A stretch of 64,000 nucleotides of DNA, taken from positions 160,001 to 224,000 of the forward strand of contig JAHLWP010000001.1 of the NCBI GenBank assembly GCA_019057865.1, given 5' to 3'. The notes beneath the pieces were generated by a model. The model did no database searches and was not told where the DNA came from. It worked only from the letters and a program-made list of their open reading frames with translations. Position numbers and translations under genes: made by a program. The DNA is from Promethearchaeota archaeon. Lineage in GTDB: Archaea > Asgardarchaeota > Lokiarchaeia > Sigyniarchaeales > SOKP01. This document shows, in pieces, positions 49,637 to 59,973 of the stretch; within the stretch, counting starts at the first letter, position 1; every line of letters begins with the position of its first letter.

Positions 49637-50485
49637 ATGAATAAAGAAAATTTTTCATATGAAGGGACGATTTCGAACAGTTATAGAAATAAAGAAGTAT
49701 TAAAGGGGGGATTAATTTTTCTTTTGATACTTAGTGCAGTTACAACGTTAGCAACATTCCTTTCTTGGGTTGCAGTTACTGATGATGGAATTAATCCTGA
49801 AAATTTCACAAATCTTGTTATATTATTAGTGATTTTATTTGTATTTATAATTCCATTTACAATAATAATGGTAATACAAATTTGGTATTACACTGCTTAT
49901 GTACATAAATTCTCTTACAAAATATCAGAAGATCACATAGTTATTAATCATGGTGTTTTTACACAAGTGAGAGCAACTATTCCTCATAGTCGAATTCAAA
50001 ATATTAACATAGTAAATGGCGTTTTTGACAGAATGTTTAAAACATTTACAGTTAAAATTGAAACTGCTGGATCAGCTGCTGCTGCCGCTAGTGCTCAAAA
50101 GGGCATATTACGACCAGAGGGATATATCCCTGGTCTCAAAGATCCCTATATCATCGAAAATAAAATAAAAGAAATGATGACAAAGTATTCTGCTGTACCC
50201 TCTGGATTAGAAGATAAAATATTCAAACCAGAAGAGCTCGCATTTGATAACTTCATTAGTTATATTCTCTCAAAAATGAGAGAAGGGGAAAAACTAAAGA
50301 CATCAATAAAAGAATTGAGAGAGAAGAATAATATGTCAACTGCTCAATTGGCTGAAAAAGTAGGAGTCCCCATTCAAACAATAAATTATTTGGAAGAAGG
50401 TAGATATAATCCTAGCTTAACATTAGCATATAACATTGCTGAAGTATTGAATTGTAGAATCGAAGATCTTTTTAAAATGGTTTAA
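49637..50485 (+). CDS. Membrane protein with bacterial PH (bPH_2) domain fused to an XRE HTH
   Basis: 2 TM helices, GVF....IPHSRIQNI, ETAG; QLAEKVGVPIQTINYLEEGRYNPSL. Confidence 0.85.
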   Translation: MNKENFSYEGTISNSYRNKEVLKGGLIFLLILSAVTTLATFLSWVAVTDDGINPENFTNLVILLVILFVFIIPFTIIMVIQIWYYTAYVHKFSYKISEDHIVINHGVFTQVRATIPHSRIQNINIVNGVFDRMFKTFTVKIETAGSAAAAASAQKGILRPEGYIPGLKDPYIIENKIKEMMTKYSAVPSGLEDKIFKPEELAFDNFISYILSKMREGEKLKTSIKELREKNNMSTAQLAEKVGVPIQTINYLEEGRYNPSLTLAYNIAEVLNCRIEDLFKMV

Positions 50486-50568
50486 TTTTAAGTTTTTATT
50501 TCCTTTTTTTATTTTTAATTTAAATATAATATTAAATAGGTTAGTAAACACTGAAATTTAGGAAGAAA

Positions 50569-50967
50569 TTGGTCACAAGGATAAAAGAACTGAGAGATGA
50601 GAGAAATCTTAAACAGCTAGAATTAGCTGGCTTAGTAGGTGTTTCTCGCCAAACTATTTATTTTTTAGAAAAAGGATCATATAATCCTTCCTTAACATTA
50701 TCTCTAAAAATTGCAGAAATTTTTAATAAAACGATAGAAGAAGTTTTCTATTTTGAACCTATAATTAAAGATGTATTGGGAAGTAAAACATTAGATGAAT
50801 TAGAAGATATATCTGAAAAATCGGGAGTTAATACAGAGAGATTAATAAAGTTAAAGGATTTAAATGACGAGCAATTATTAAATAATTTCAACGAAAAAGA
50901 ATTGTTCAAGATTGCTCGAGCTATTGGAGAGAGTTTTGATGCTATTTTTACAAAGAATTTGATTTGA
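50569..50967 (+). CDS. XRE family HTH transcriptional regulator
   Basis: ELAGLVGVSRQTIYFLEKGSYNPSL. Confidence 0.88.
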   Translation: MVTRIKELRDERNLKQLELAGLVGVSRQTIYFLEKGSYNPSLTLSLKIAEIFNKTIEEVFYFEPIIKDVLGSKTLDELEDISEKSGVNTERLIKLKDLNDEQLLNNFNEKELFKIARAIGESFDAIFTKNLI

Positions 50968-51125
50968 ATCATTATATAATAATATTACTACATAACAAAA
51001 TTATGTTACTCTGGTATTACAGATGTATTATAACTCTTTTTTTTTCTCTATTATATAGATTTTAATGATTCGATGAGAATATTCTCCAAACTTTTTAAAT
51101 TTTTACAATTAACTGCTTTCAGATT

Positions 51126-51890
51126 ATGATTTGCGATATTGTGATTATTCGGGATGGCTTACCGTTATTATCTAAGAGCTTTAATGATCCTTCTAGTTCA
51201 CAAACTCTTTTTACTCAAGGAGATAACCTTATTATGGCATCAGGCTTTTTTTCAGCATTAAATTCATTTTCAGATTCCTTTGAGGATTTAGGAAATATCA
51301 GTGAAATAAAATTAGCAAATAATAACCTAAAAGTATCTTTTCTGAGAGATTCAAGCATTCCAAATTTAATATTTTTAGCGACATATGATGAAAATTCCAA
51401 GGAATTAACAGTTCAAAGTGTTTTAAAAAAAATTTCTAACTCATTTTTACAAAAATATAATCATAATCAAATATTAGAGTGGAGTGGGAGTAAATATACT
51501 TTTAAATCATTTGAACAGGAAATTACGCGATACATAAATGAAGAGCAAGATAAAATTAAAACAAAGTCTAATCATAACATTAATGATGTTCTTAATAGTT
51601 TAGGAATTAAGATCGAAGATACTGCAAATTCAATAATTGCTAGGGTTGATGAAATAGAAGAAAAGAATCTTTCATTACCAGAATATTATAAACATATACC
51701 ACATTTCACAATATCCAAAAAAATTAACCCTAAATTTTACTTAACTGGTGAAACTTCTCATAAAGTTTTCTATCAGATTGATGGGAAAAAATCAATTGAA
51801 TCAATAGCAAAAGAGTTGAGTATCGAACCAGAAAAAGTCTATAATATTTCTAAAAATTTAATAAAATTAGGTTTTATATCAATATTTTAA
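51126..51890 (+). CDS. Longin-like domain plus C-terminal winged-helix protein
   Basis: DGLPLL...MASGFFSALNSFS; IDGKKSIESIAKEL...LIKLGFI. Confidence 0.65.
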   Translation: MICDIVIIRDGLPLLSKSFNDPSSSQTLFTQGDNLIMASGFFSALNSFSDSFEDLGNISEIKLANNNLKVSFLRDSSIPNLIFLATYDENSKELTVQSVLKKISNSFLQKYNHNQILEWSGSKYTFKSFEQEITRYINEEQDKIKTKSNHNINDVLNSLGIKIEDTANSIIARVDEIEEKNLSLPEYYKHIPHFTISKKINPKFYLTGETSHKVFYQIDGKKSIESIAKELSIEPEKVYNISKNLIKLGFISIF

Positions 51891-51919
51891 AGAGTTTAAT
51901 CCATTAATTTGTATTTTAA

Positions 51920-52228
51920 TTATTGCTTATGTTTTCTTCTCTCTTGTTGCTTTTTTCTTCTCTTTTCTGCTTCTTGGATATCCTCTTCTAATTGTTCTAA
52001 TCTTGCTGAATCTTTACCAGTAAATTTAAATTCACCATAAATCTTACTTTCTTCTTTTTGACCAGATTTAGAAATTTTTTCAAAAGAAATTGTAATAGGT
52101 TTATCTTGTTTAAGAGCTAAATTAATAAAATTAATAAAACCAATATGTTTACTGGGTGCTATGTTAAATTTCAAGCAAATTTCTTTATTTTTCTTAGTTC
52201 TTGTTTTTAGGGTTAAACGTAATTTCAA
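51920..52228 (-). CDS. Hypothetical protein
   Basis: 102-aa ORF with GTGGGA ribosome-binding-like site upstream. Confidence 0.6.
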   Translation of the reverse strand: MKLRLTLKTRTKKNKEICLKFNIAPSKHIGFINFINLALKQDKPITISFEKISKSGQKEESKIYGEFKFTGKDSARLEQLEEDIQEAEKRRKKQQERRKHKQ

Positions 52229-52421
52229 GAATTCCCACTTTTTATTAAAAATTTAAATTAATTATATATTTTAAAAGTACCAAAATAAAAAAATTATATT
52301 ATAATCATAATTTCGTATATAATAATATTTTAAATCAAAAAATCAATATTAAGATATTTAAATGCGAATTTCAAATATTTAGTATATTAAAAACTTCAAA
52401 AAATCAAGAAAATTTGATAAA

Positions 52422-53045
52422 ATGCCTTCGAAATTTAGGATACGATATATTTTTCACCCTTTAGTTGAGATTCTCGCTAAATGCTGCATTAAAATTGGTA
52501 TCACACCAAATTTAGCGACAATTTTTATGTTCTTTTTTGCTATACTTAGTGCAATTTCTCTTATTTTATTCTCTAGTCTTTTGTTTTCTGCAATTTTTAT
52601 ATTTATTACCGGGATTATGGATGGAATTGACGGTGCTATTGCTAGATTAACAGGAAAAAGCTCATCATTTGGTAGTTTTTTCGATTCTATTATGGACAGA
52701 TTTTCAGAATTTATAATTTTTTTTGGGCTTATGGTTTTTTGTTGGGATAAGATGCTCTGGAATCTTTTTGATATGAATTTAATAGTAACTATAGCTTTTT
52801 TAGGTTCAATTATGATTAGTTATATTAGAGCAAGAGCTTACGTATTTTTTAAGGGAGATTTTGATATTGGGTTAATGGCCAGATCAGAAAGACTATTTTA
52901 TATTTTTATAACAATGCTAATCGCTTTTTTTTTTGGATTTATGAACGAGCTTCTTTTTGTTTTTATGTGGCTTGTAATTGGAACAGCAATATTTAGATTT
53001 GTAAAAATTAATAAACAAATAAAAAAAGAAGTAAATGAACAATAA
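52422..53045 (+). CDS. CDP-alcohol phosphatidyltransferase (archaetidylinositol phosphate synthase-like)
   Basis: TPN; DGIDGAIAR...G..FDS..DR; SYIRARA; RSER. Confidence 0.9.
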   Translation: MPSKFRIRYIFHPLVEILAKCCIKIGITPNLATIFMFFFAILSAISLILFSSLLFSAIFIFITGIMDGIDGAIARLTGKSSSFGSFFDSIMDRFSEFIIFFGLMVFCWDKMLWNLFDMNLIVTIAFLGSIMISYIRARAYVFFKGDFDIGLMARSERLFYIFITMLIAFFFGFMNELLFVFMWLVIGTAIFRFVKINKQIKKEVNEQ

Positions 53046-53054
53046 GTAATTATA

Positions 53055-53765
53055 TTATTCTTTTATTAATTCAATTCTTACTCTATCACCATCATGTAAA
53101 TTCAATATATCTCTTAAATAAGGTTCTGCCAAGATCTCAACAATATTTTTCTTATGGTGTGTTCTTTTAATTTTTAATATTGCTGCATTTACCTTTTTTT
53201 CTTGATTATCTAAACGAGAGACAAAACAATAATGACAATCAACTGAACCGAAAGTCCGTCCCTCCTCGACATCTTTAAATCCATCGATTTTAACAGGGAT
53301 TCGATTTTTTAAATTTTCCATTAATAATTCATAATTAAGATCGCTTAGTTGGAGATTTAATGTTCCAAAAAAAGGAATAAATCTTAATTTTTCCTGAAAC
53401 TGCTTAAGATAGTTTTTAATTTTGACATAATAATGACCCTCTCCTATCCCAGTAGTAACCTCCCCTACAATTAAAATACTTTCTAGAATTTGTTTCAAAC
53501 TTTTATACATTGCAAGTATTGCATCAGCGCCTTTTTTAGTTATTCTTATTATTTGCTCTTTTGCTTCAATCTTCCTCTCAATCCATCCAATTTCTTCTAA
53601 GGTATTAATCCTTCTTGATGCTGTTTGTTGAGATAAGTTTAAAACCTTTCCAAACTCAACACTACTAATATGAATTGCTTTCTGGCTCCCAATGTTATGA
53701 GATAGGTGATAAAGAGCAAACCAATTTGCATAGTTTTCTGGTGTAATTTCCTTTTCTTTTGACAT
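53055..53765 (-). CDS. ribK: CTP-dependent riboflavin kinase with N-terminal HTH
   Basis: SQQTASR; GEVTTGIGEG, PFFGTLN, RTHH...EIL..YLR. Confidence 0.9.
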   Translation of the reverse strand: MSKEKEITPENYANWFALYHLSHNIGSQKAIHISSVEFGKVLNLSQQTASRRINTLEEIGWIERKIEAKEQIIRITKKGADAILAMYKSLKQILESILIVGEVTTGIGEGHYYVKIKNYLKQFQEKLRFIPFFGTLNLQLSDLNYELLMENLKNRIPVKIDGFKDVEEGRTFGSVDCHYCFVSRLDNQEKKVNAAILKIKRTHHKKNIVEILAEPYLRDILNLHDGDRVRIELIKE

Positions 53766-53774
53766 ATTACCTTT

Positions 53775-54221
53775 TTATGATTGGTTCTTCTTATATTTTT
53801 CAATTATTTTCTTTTTAATAAGACTAGAGCTATGTAATTTGAATTTATTATAATAATTTTCTAATCTTCTTACCTCTATATGCTTCAATCCTTTCATTTT
53901 AAGAGCATTTTGAAGTTTTTGAGCGCTAAATTTTTGATCAGGTCCTAAAAGTATAATATCTGGATTTATCTCTTCAACTGTTCTAAGTGTATCATTATCA
54001 TGCCTTCCTAATTTTACATCTTTAACATTTTTTATACTTTTCATTACTTCATATCTTTGTTGTTCAGGCACAATTGGAGCTTCTCCAGAATATAATTCCC
54101 TATTTTTGTCAGTAGCTATTACAATATATACATCACCTAATTTTGCCGCTTCATTTATCAGAAAAATATGTCCCGGATGCAAAATATCGAACGTTCCAGC
54201 CACTAAGATTTTTTTTTTCAT
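53775..54221 (-). CDS. ribL: FAD synthase
   Basis: GTFDILHPGH, LGPDQ, SSS; adjacent to ribK. Confidence 0.85.
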   Translation of the reverse strand: MKKKILVAGTFDILHPGHIFLINEAAKLGDVYIVIATDKNRELYSGEAPIVPEQQRYEVMKSIKNVKDVKLGRHDNDTLRTVEEINPDIILLGPDQKFSAQKLQNALKMKGLKHIEVRRLENYYNKFKLHSSSLIKKKIIEKYKKNQS

Positions 54222-54255
54222 CTAATTTCACTTAATTATTTATTTTATTAATCTA

Positions 54256-55815
54256 TTATTCTTTAACTTTAAATGAAAGACCAATAAAAACCGGTCCTCT
54301 TATATCAATCTTTTTTTGTTTTGAATGAATGAACTCTAGAATAATTTCATCAATTTCAATATTGATTTCTGAAGCTCTATAACACATCTTTACTCTATGT
54401 TCATAATTATATTTGTTTTGATCAAAAAGGATTTCAATATTATAAGCCATTTCTGAAGCAATTCCTTCTAGATAAGTCATTCCAGTATCAATACCTTCAG
54501 CGGGACTCTCTTCTTGAGGTAACCCTAAAATGTTCCCCTTTTTTACCCAGATTTTATTTAAACATGCTGGACCAAGAAGTTTAACTCCTTTATCTTTTTC
54601 CCAAATAGTTACTTCAATAGTTCGATCCCTAATAATACCCTCCCAAGCTTTAATTTCAACCGGCGCAGAATCATCTTTATGATTAATTGCGGCATTGATT
54701 ATAGCATTTTTAATTTCAATTCCTTTTTCGGTAAATGGAATCTTTTTATATTTGATTCCTTTACTAATTTGATCATCGGAAAAGGAAATATCTTCAAAAA
54801 AATAGGGATAAACTATTTTTCTAATATCTTCAATTTCAGTTTTTATCATGCAAATTCTTTCTACTCCAAAACCAATATTAAAAACAGGATATTCAATCAT
54901 ATATTGAGCAAGGCTAACAGGGCTATAAAAACCTCCATCTCCAATTTCTATCCATTCTTTTGTTTTTGGATGTTCAACAAAAATTTCAAATTCTGTTTGT
55001 GGAGCATAATATTTTGAAGTAGCTTTTTTAATTTCAGTTCTACTATTTTTAAAGCCAATTTCTTCACAAATTTCGGAAGTAATCCTTTGACAATCTTCTA
55101 GAGAAATCTCTTCAGCCATAATTACAATTGATAGAGTATTAGAACAATACAAATGAGTTGCATCAATTTTCTGTTCTCTTCTAAATTTTGGAGCTATTGT
55201 AAAATATTGTAAGGGTAATCTTTTTTTTCTAATTAAATTACCCAATACTTTAAACCATAATGCTGTTGTATGACTTCTTAAAGTTGTTTTTGTAGGTATA
55301 GGTTTTAACTGTTTTAATTCAGGAAATATTTTGTTAATTATTTCAGAAGCTTCACTTTCTTTAAAATTTAATTTATTGATAAAAATTTCAATGAAATCAT
55401 CAGCTTCTATCTTGCCTTTTTTGTAATCTCTAAATATTTGTTTTAAAGAATCAATATCCTTAAAATTAGGTACTACATCTCGAATTTTATTGATTTTTTC
55501 TTTAGAAATACCTATATCAGGACGTGGAAGCCCAGCTAAATAAAATAACCTATCAAGAATTAAAGCTGCTTCTGGACCATACTGTTTATAGATTTCCTCT
55601 TCTTCAACAAACATAGGAAGGATTAATTCTTCAAATCCTAGAGATATCATCTTTACTCTTGCATCAGAGATAAAATCATTTACAATATGAGATTTCCCCT
55701 TCTTTTCTAAATTGAAATACTTTCCTTTCAGTTTTAAGAGGTTTTTTGTATCTAGCCATACTTTTTCATAATTAATCATACTTTCTCGTTTGATCTTTTC
55801 AAAATCAAAAGGCAT
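54256..55815 (-). CDS. sepS: O-phosphoseryl-tRNA(Cys) ligase (SepRS)
   Basis: KQYGPEAALILDRLFYLAGLPRPDIG, TLRSHTT, FRREQ, KLLGPA, IDIRGPVF. Confidence 0.93.
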   Translation of the reverse strand: MPFDFEKIKRESMINYEKVWLDTKNLLKLKGKYFNLEKKGKSHIVNDFISDARVKMISLGFEELILPMFVEEEEIYKQYGPEAALILDRLFYLAGLPRPDIGISKEKINKIRDVVPNFKDIDSLKQIFRDYKKGKIEADDFIEIFINKLNFKESEASEIINKIFPELKQLKPIPTKTTLRSHTTALWFKVLGNLIRKKRLPLQYFTIAPKFRREQKIDATHLYCSNTLSIVIMAEEISLEDCQRITSEICEEIGFKNSRTEIKKATSKYYAPQTEFEIFVEHPKTKEWIEIGDGGFYSPVSLAQYMIEYPVFNIGFGVERICMIKTEIEDIRKIVYPYFFEDISFSDDQISKGIKYKKIPFTEKGIEIKNAIINAAINHKDDSAPVEIKAWEGIIRDRTIEVTIWEKDKGVKLLGPACLNKIWVKKGNILGLPQEESPAEGIDTGMTYLEGIASEMAYNIEILFDQNKYNYEHRVKMCYRASEINIEIDEIILEFIHSKQKKIDIRGPVFIGLSFKVKE

Positions 55816-55847
55816 TTTTAATCTTCATTAAATTAATTATGAAAGGA

Positions 55848-56468
55848 TTAATCCTCCTTTACATTATCTTCAATACATCTTTTAAGATCATTCATCTGAA
55901 GAGATATTGATATATCTCCTCTAGTTTTTTGAATAATCATTCTTGCTCGATCAGTTTTTTGCCTTAGATCTTGTATTAATCCCGAAGGGTAATCGAGTGA
56001 AAACAAATTAGAATAAATATCATCCATATTTTCTAATATTTCATTGAGATCTTTCACTTGAGAATTTCTTATATTATCTAGTGCATATCTCCGTAGTTCT
56101 CCTATAACATCAGCTAACCCTAAAGCAAAATTTAATGGATCGATTTTCATTTCATGGGGACTAGGGAGATTTTTTTTTAAGGTAATTGAATAAAATGAAA
56201 CTGCTTCTGCGTATTCTTGTTCAGGTGTTTTCAAATATTTATAAAAAATACCAGGGTTTTTATTAACCAGTGATACTAGTTTCTCATGATTATTTTTTAT
56301 TAATTGTATTTTTATTTCATATTGATCAAATTCTTTCCTATGGATAGATTTTATCGCAATACTACAGTCTCGAATTATTATTCGAGATATTTTTAAAATC
56401 TCTTCTCTATCGAGATCTAATTTGTCTAATGATTCAGTTAATTCTGAAAAAATATTTTTAAGAGTCAT
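55848..56468 (-). CDS. Translin/C3PO-like protein
   Basis: REEILKISR, QEYAEA, GLADVIGELRR, LRQKTD. Confidence 0.85.
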   Translation of the reverse strand: MTLKNIFSELTESLDKLDLDREEILKISRIIIRDCSIAIKSIHRKEFDQYEIKIQLIKNNHEKLVSLVNKNPGIFYKYLKTPEQEYAEAVSFYSITLKKNLPSPHEMKIDPLNFALGLADVIGELRRYALDNIRNSQVKDLNEILENMDDIYSNLFSLDYPSGLIQDLRQKTDRARMIIQKTRGDISISLQMNDLKRCIEDNVKED

Positions 56469-56594
56469 CCTTATAGATAATTATTTTAGTAATAATTCAT
56501 TTGAATTTTAAATGTAATTATATATCTGAAGTAAGTAAAATATTTAGGATTTTTCATTAAAGATTTAGTAGGAAAAAAAATAAGGGAGATTACT

Positions 56595-58655
56595 ATGAAA
56601 ATTTTAATAATTCATTCTGAAGGCGTTGAAGTTATTAAAAATAAGGAAGCTACAAGCAATCCTCAAGATTTTTCTGAAAATTTCATAAAAATGGATGGAT
56701 TAGTTTTAGTAGCTTATGTTTCTGTAGAAGATCAAGATACTTATGATACTGATTTAATTGCTAGCCAAGGAGCAGAGGAAATTGAAGCAGCAATACTACA
56801 AATTACGGGATTTCCAGAAAAGCTTCGTCAAAAAAATGAGGAGATAAGAGGATACAATAAAAAGATTGAGATAGGCGAGATTAAAGGAAAACCAAGAAAA
56901 TTATTAGAACTTATTAAAGATCGTGATATGTATCGTGTTGATAAAGTCTTAGTTTATCCATGGGCACATTTAAGCAAATTTCTTAGCAATGACCAAAATG
57001 CTATGGAAGTTTGTCCTAAAATAGCTAAATTTTTAGAAGAAAGAGGTATTGAAGCAAAATTTTCTCCATTTGGATGGTACAAATCATTCAAAGTTAACTG
57101 TTTGGGTCATGAAATGGCAGAAATGTATAGAGATGTGAAATTGGCTATTAAACCTGAAGAACAAGTTAAAAATTCAGTATTTAAAATTATTACAACTTCA
57201 GGTAATGAAATAGAGTTAGAATTTGATGAAAATAATGAAGTGATACCACCTAAAGAAATAAAAGATCAAGATTTTTATTCATTCCTAAAATCAGAATTAG
57301 GCTCTAGGAAAATGGATAAATCATTTGAACCAGCTCATATAAAAGTGATGAAAAATTTTGAATTGGTAGATTTTGATCCTAATACAGATGCAGGAAATTT
57401 CAGATGGTATACTAAAGGAGTTATTATGAAGAATTTAATCAAAAATTTCATAGAAGATAGATTAATAGATTATGGGGCAATACTTATTGAGACACCAATC
57501 ATGTATACAGTAAAAAATAAAAAATTAACAGCTCAAACAGCTCGATTTCCAGCGAGAAGTTATTGGCTTGAATCTGGAAAAAATAGATACATTTTAAGAT
57601 ATGCGAGTGATTTCCTTCTATTCGATTTATTCTCTCAAATGAATTTGAAACCTCATTACTTTCCATTACGAGTATATGAATTTGAACAATATGATTTTCG
57701 AAGAGAACAAGAAGGTGAGTTATCGGGATTGAGAAGACTACGTGGTTTTATCATGCCTGATCTTCACACTCTGTGTAAAGATTTGGAATCTTCAATTGAA
57801 GAGTTTATAAAGCAATATGATTTAATTAAGAATCTGGAAAACGAATTAGGCATAAAAAGTTATGTTATATTTAGAGTGACACAAGATTTTTATGAGAAAA
57901 ATAATGATTGGATTATTAACTTAATTAAAACAGAACAACACCCCACCTTATTAGAATTATGGGAAGATAGATATTATTATTATATATTAAAATTAGAGAG
58001 AAATGTACTTTCAGCTCAAAATAGAAGTGCTACATTAGCCACAAACCAGATTGATGTAGAGAGTTCATTGGAGTATATGATTGATAATGAAGGCAAGAAA
58101 AGAGAAAAATATAATATTTCCTTTACTGATACTGATGGTAGACTTAAACATCCAATCATATTACACAATTCTCCCACAGGTGGATTAGAAAGAGTTTTAT
58201 GGGGTTTGATTGAAAGTGCTATTCGAAATAAAGATAAGATAGTACCTGGATTTAAAACATGGTTATCTCCAATTCAAGTACGAATTATTACTGTTAGTGA
58301 AAATCAAAATATTTATGCTGAAAAAATTCTAGAAATGGTAAATAAGGAATCTTATAGAGCTGATTTTGATGACAGAAATGAAACCTTAAATAAAAAGATC
58401 AGACAAGCAGAAGTTGAATGGATTCCATATATAGTTATAATTGGGAAGAATGAACAAGATAATCAAACAATCTCGGTAAGAAAAAGACTAATTGGTCAGC
58501 CCTTTGGACCAAAAAAAAGTACTTCTAAACAATTCAATAATATCAAATTAGGAGAATTATATAAAATGCTTGAAGAAGATACAAGAGGTTTTCCTAAGTA
58601 TAAACTTCCAATCCCATTTCGAAAATTCTCTAGTAAAGTGTACTTCAGACACTAG
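56595..58655 (+). CDS. thrS: Threonine--tRNA ligase (archaeal type with N-terminal editing domain)
   Basis: VYPWAHLS, PFGWYK, FRREQEGEL.GLRRLRGF.MPDLH, LER. Confidence 0.95.
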   Translation: MKILIIHSEGVEVIKNKEATSNPQDFSENFIKMDGLVLVAYVSVEDQDTYDTDLIASQGAEEIEAAILQITGFPEKLRQKNEEIRGYNKKIEIGEIKGKPRKLLELIKDRDMYRVDKVLVYPWAHLSKFLSNDQNAMEVCPKIAKFLEERGIEAKFSPFGWYKSFKVNCLGHEMAEMYRDVKLAIKPEEQVKNSVFKIITTSGNEIELEFDENNEVIPPKEIKDQDFYSFLKSELGSRKMDKSFEPAHIKVMKNFELVDFDPNTDAGNFRWYTKGVIMKNLIKNFIEDRLIDYGAILIETPIMYTVKNKKLTAQTARFPARSYWLESGKNRYILRYASDFLLFDLFSQMNLKPHYFPLRVYEFEQYDFRREQEGELSGLRRLRGFIMPDLHTLCKDLESSIEEFIKQYDLIKNLENELGIKSYVIFRVTQDFYEKNNDWIINLIKTEQHPTLLELWEDRYYYYILKLERNVLSAQNRSATLATNQIDVESSLEYMIDNEGKKREKYNISFTDTDGRLKHPIILHNSPTGGLERVLWGLIESAIRNKDKIVPGFKTWLSPIQVRIITVSENQNIYAEKILEMVNKESYRADFDDRNETLNKKIRQAEVEWIPYIVIIGKNEQDNQTISVRKRLIGQPFGPKKSTSKQFNNIKLGELYKMLEEDTRGFPKYKLPIPFRKFSSKVYFRH

Positions 58656-58708
58656 CTATCATTAATTTATGTTTTTATTAATAAAATCAAATATAATGTT
58701 ATAAAAAA

Positions 58709-59332
58709 ATGACAATAAAAGCTATTATTTTTGATCTGGGAGGAGTAGTAGTAGAGCTCGACTTTAGTAGATTTTTCAAAGATATAATCGAAATTTCTCC
58801 TCTAAATACACCAAATTCTTCTTTACTTCTTGAATTTTGGCGACAATCAGATATATACCATCAAGGTAAAATGACTAATAAAGAATTTTATTCTCAAGCA
58901 TGTGAATTATTACAAACTTGCGTTTTAAATCAAGAACAATTTTTTGATTCATTCAACTCAGTAATTTCTCATGTCAAGGAAGATTTTCTGGCATTAATAA
59001 AAAATCTAAAAGAACAAAATAAAATCAAGCTATTATGTTTATCAAATGTAAATTCAAGCCATTGGCATTATTTATTAGAACAAAATAAGGAAATTGTGGA
59101 ATTATTTGATGAACTTATTTTGTCATTCGAAGTACACATGACAAAACCAGATCCAAGATTGTTTAAATTAGCAATCCAAAAAGCAGAATGTAAACCTGAA
59201 GAAATCGTTTTTATTGATGATGGTTTAAATAATATACGTTCAGCAAGGGAATTAGGCATAAAGTTTTCAATAAAGTTTACAAACCTTGAAAATCTTATTA
59301 ATGAACTAAAGAGCTTAAAAATAAATTTATAA
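58709..59332 (+). CDS. HAD family phosphatase
   Basis: FDLGGV, LSN, KPDP, FIDD. Confidence 0.88.
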   Translation: MTIKAIIFDLGGVVVELDFSRFFKDIIEISPLNTPNSSLLLEFWRQSDIYHQGKMTNKEFYSQACELLQTCVLNQEQFFDSFNSVISHVKEDFLALIKNLKEQNKIKLLCLSNVNSSHWHYLLEQNKEIVELFDELILSFEVHMTKPDPRLFKLAIQKAECKPEEIVFIDDGLNNIRSARELGIKFSIKFTNLENLINELKSLKINL

Positions 59333-59357
59333 AGACTTCTCAAAAATTATATCTTTT

Positions 59358-59879
59358 TTATTCAGAAAGAGCACTGCCTAAGCATGCTTTAGCAATTGAT
59401 TCAAAAGCTAACTCAACATTTTCTCCTGTTTTCGCGGAAGATTCTAAATACTCACAACTTAGTCTTTTAGCTAAATCCTCAGCTTCTGCTTTATCAACAT
59501 CTCTCTCTAGATCAAGTTTATTTCCTAATAAAATCATCGGGATTCTCCTTTTAACTGATTTATTTATAGAGCTTATCCAACCAGGAATTTTTAAAAGAGA
59601 TTGGTTTGATGATAAATCAAAAACACCTATTGCACCATTACTTCCTTTAAAATAAATTGTGCGAAGTTTATGAAATTGTGGCTGACCACCTATATCCCAT
59701 AGGAGAAGACGGACTTGTTTCCCTTCGATTTCAACATCTTTGATCAAAAAATTACTTCCAATGGTTTTTTTCAAATCATCGCTAAAGTAATCCTTAATAT
59801 AGCGGAGAAGTAACGACGTTTTTCCTACTCCTCCTGGTCCAAATAAAGTTATTTTAAATTTATATTGATTAGATTGCAT
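59358..59879 (-). CDS. Rab-like small GTPase
   Basis: GPGGVGKT, TIG, WDIGGQ, NKLD, SAK. Confidence 0.93.
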   Translation of the reverse strand: MQSNQYKFKITLFGPGGVGKTSLLLRYIKDYFSDDLKKTIGSNFLIKDVEIEGKQVRLLLWDIGGQPQFHKLRTIYFKGSNGAIGVFDLSSNQSLLKIPGWISSINKSVKRRIPMILLGNKLDLERDVDKAEAEDLAKRLSCEYLESSAKTGENVELAFESIAKACLGSALSE

Positions 59880-59973
59880 AATTTCACTGTTAAAAATTAT
59901 TGTTCATATTTTTATACTAATATATTTAATATTTAGTCTTTTCTTTATTTATTTTTTTGTTTATAGTTTAGTT

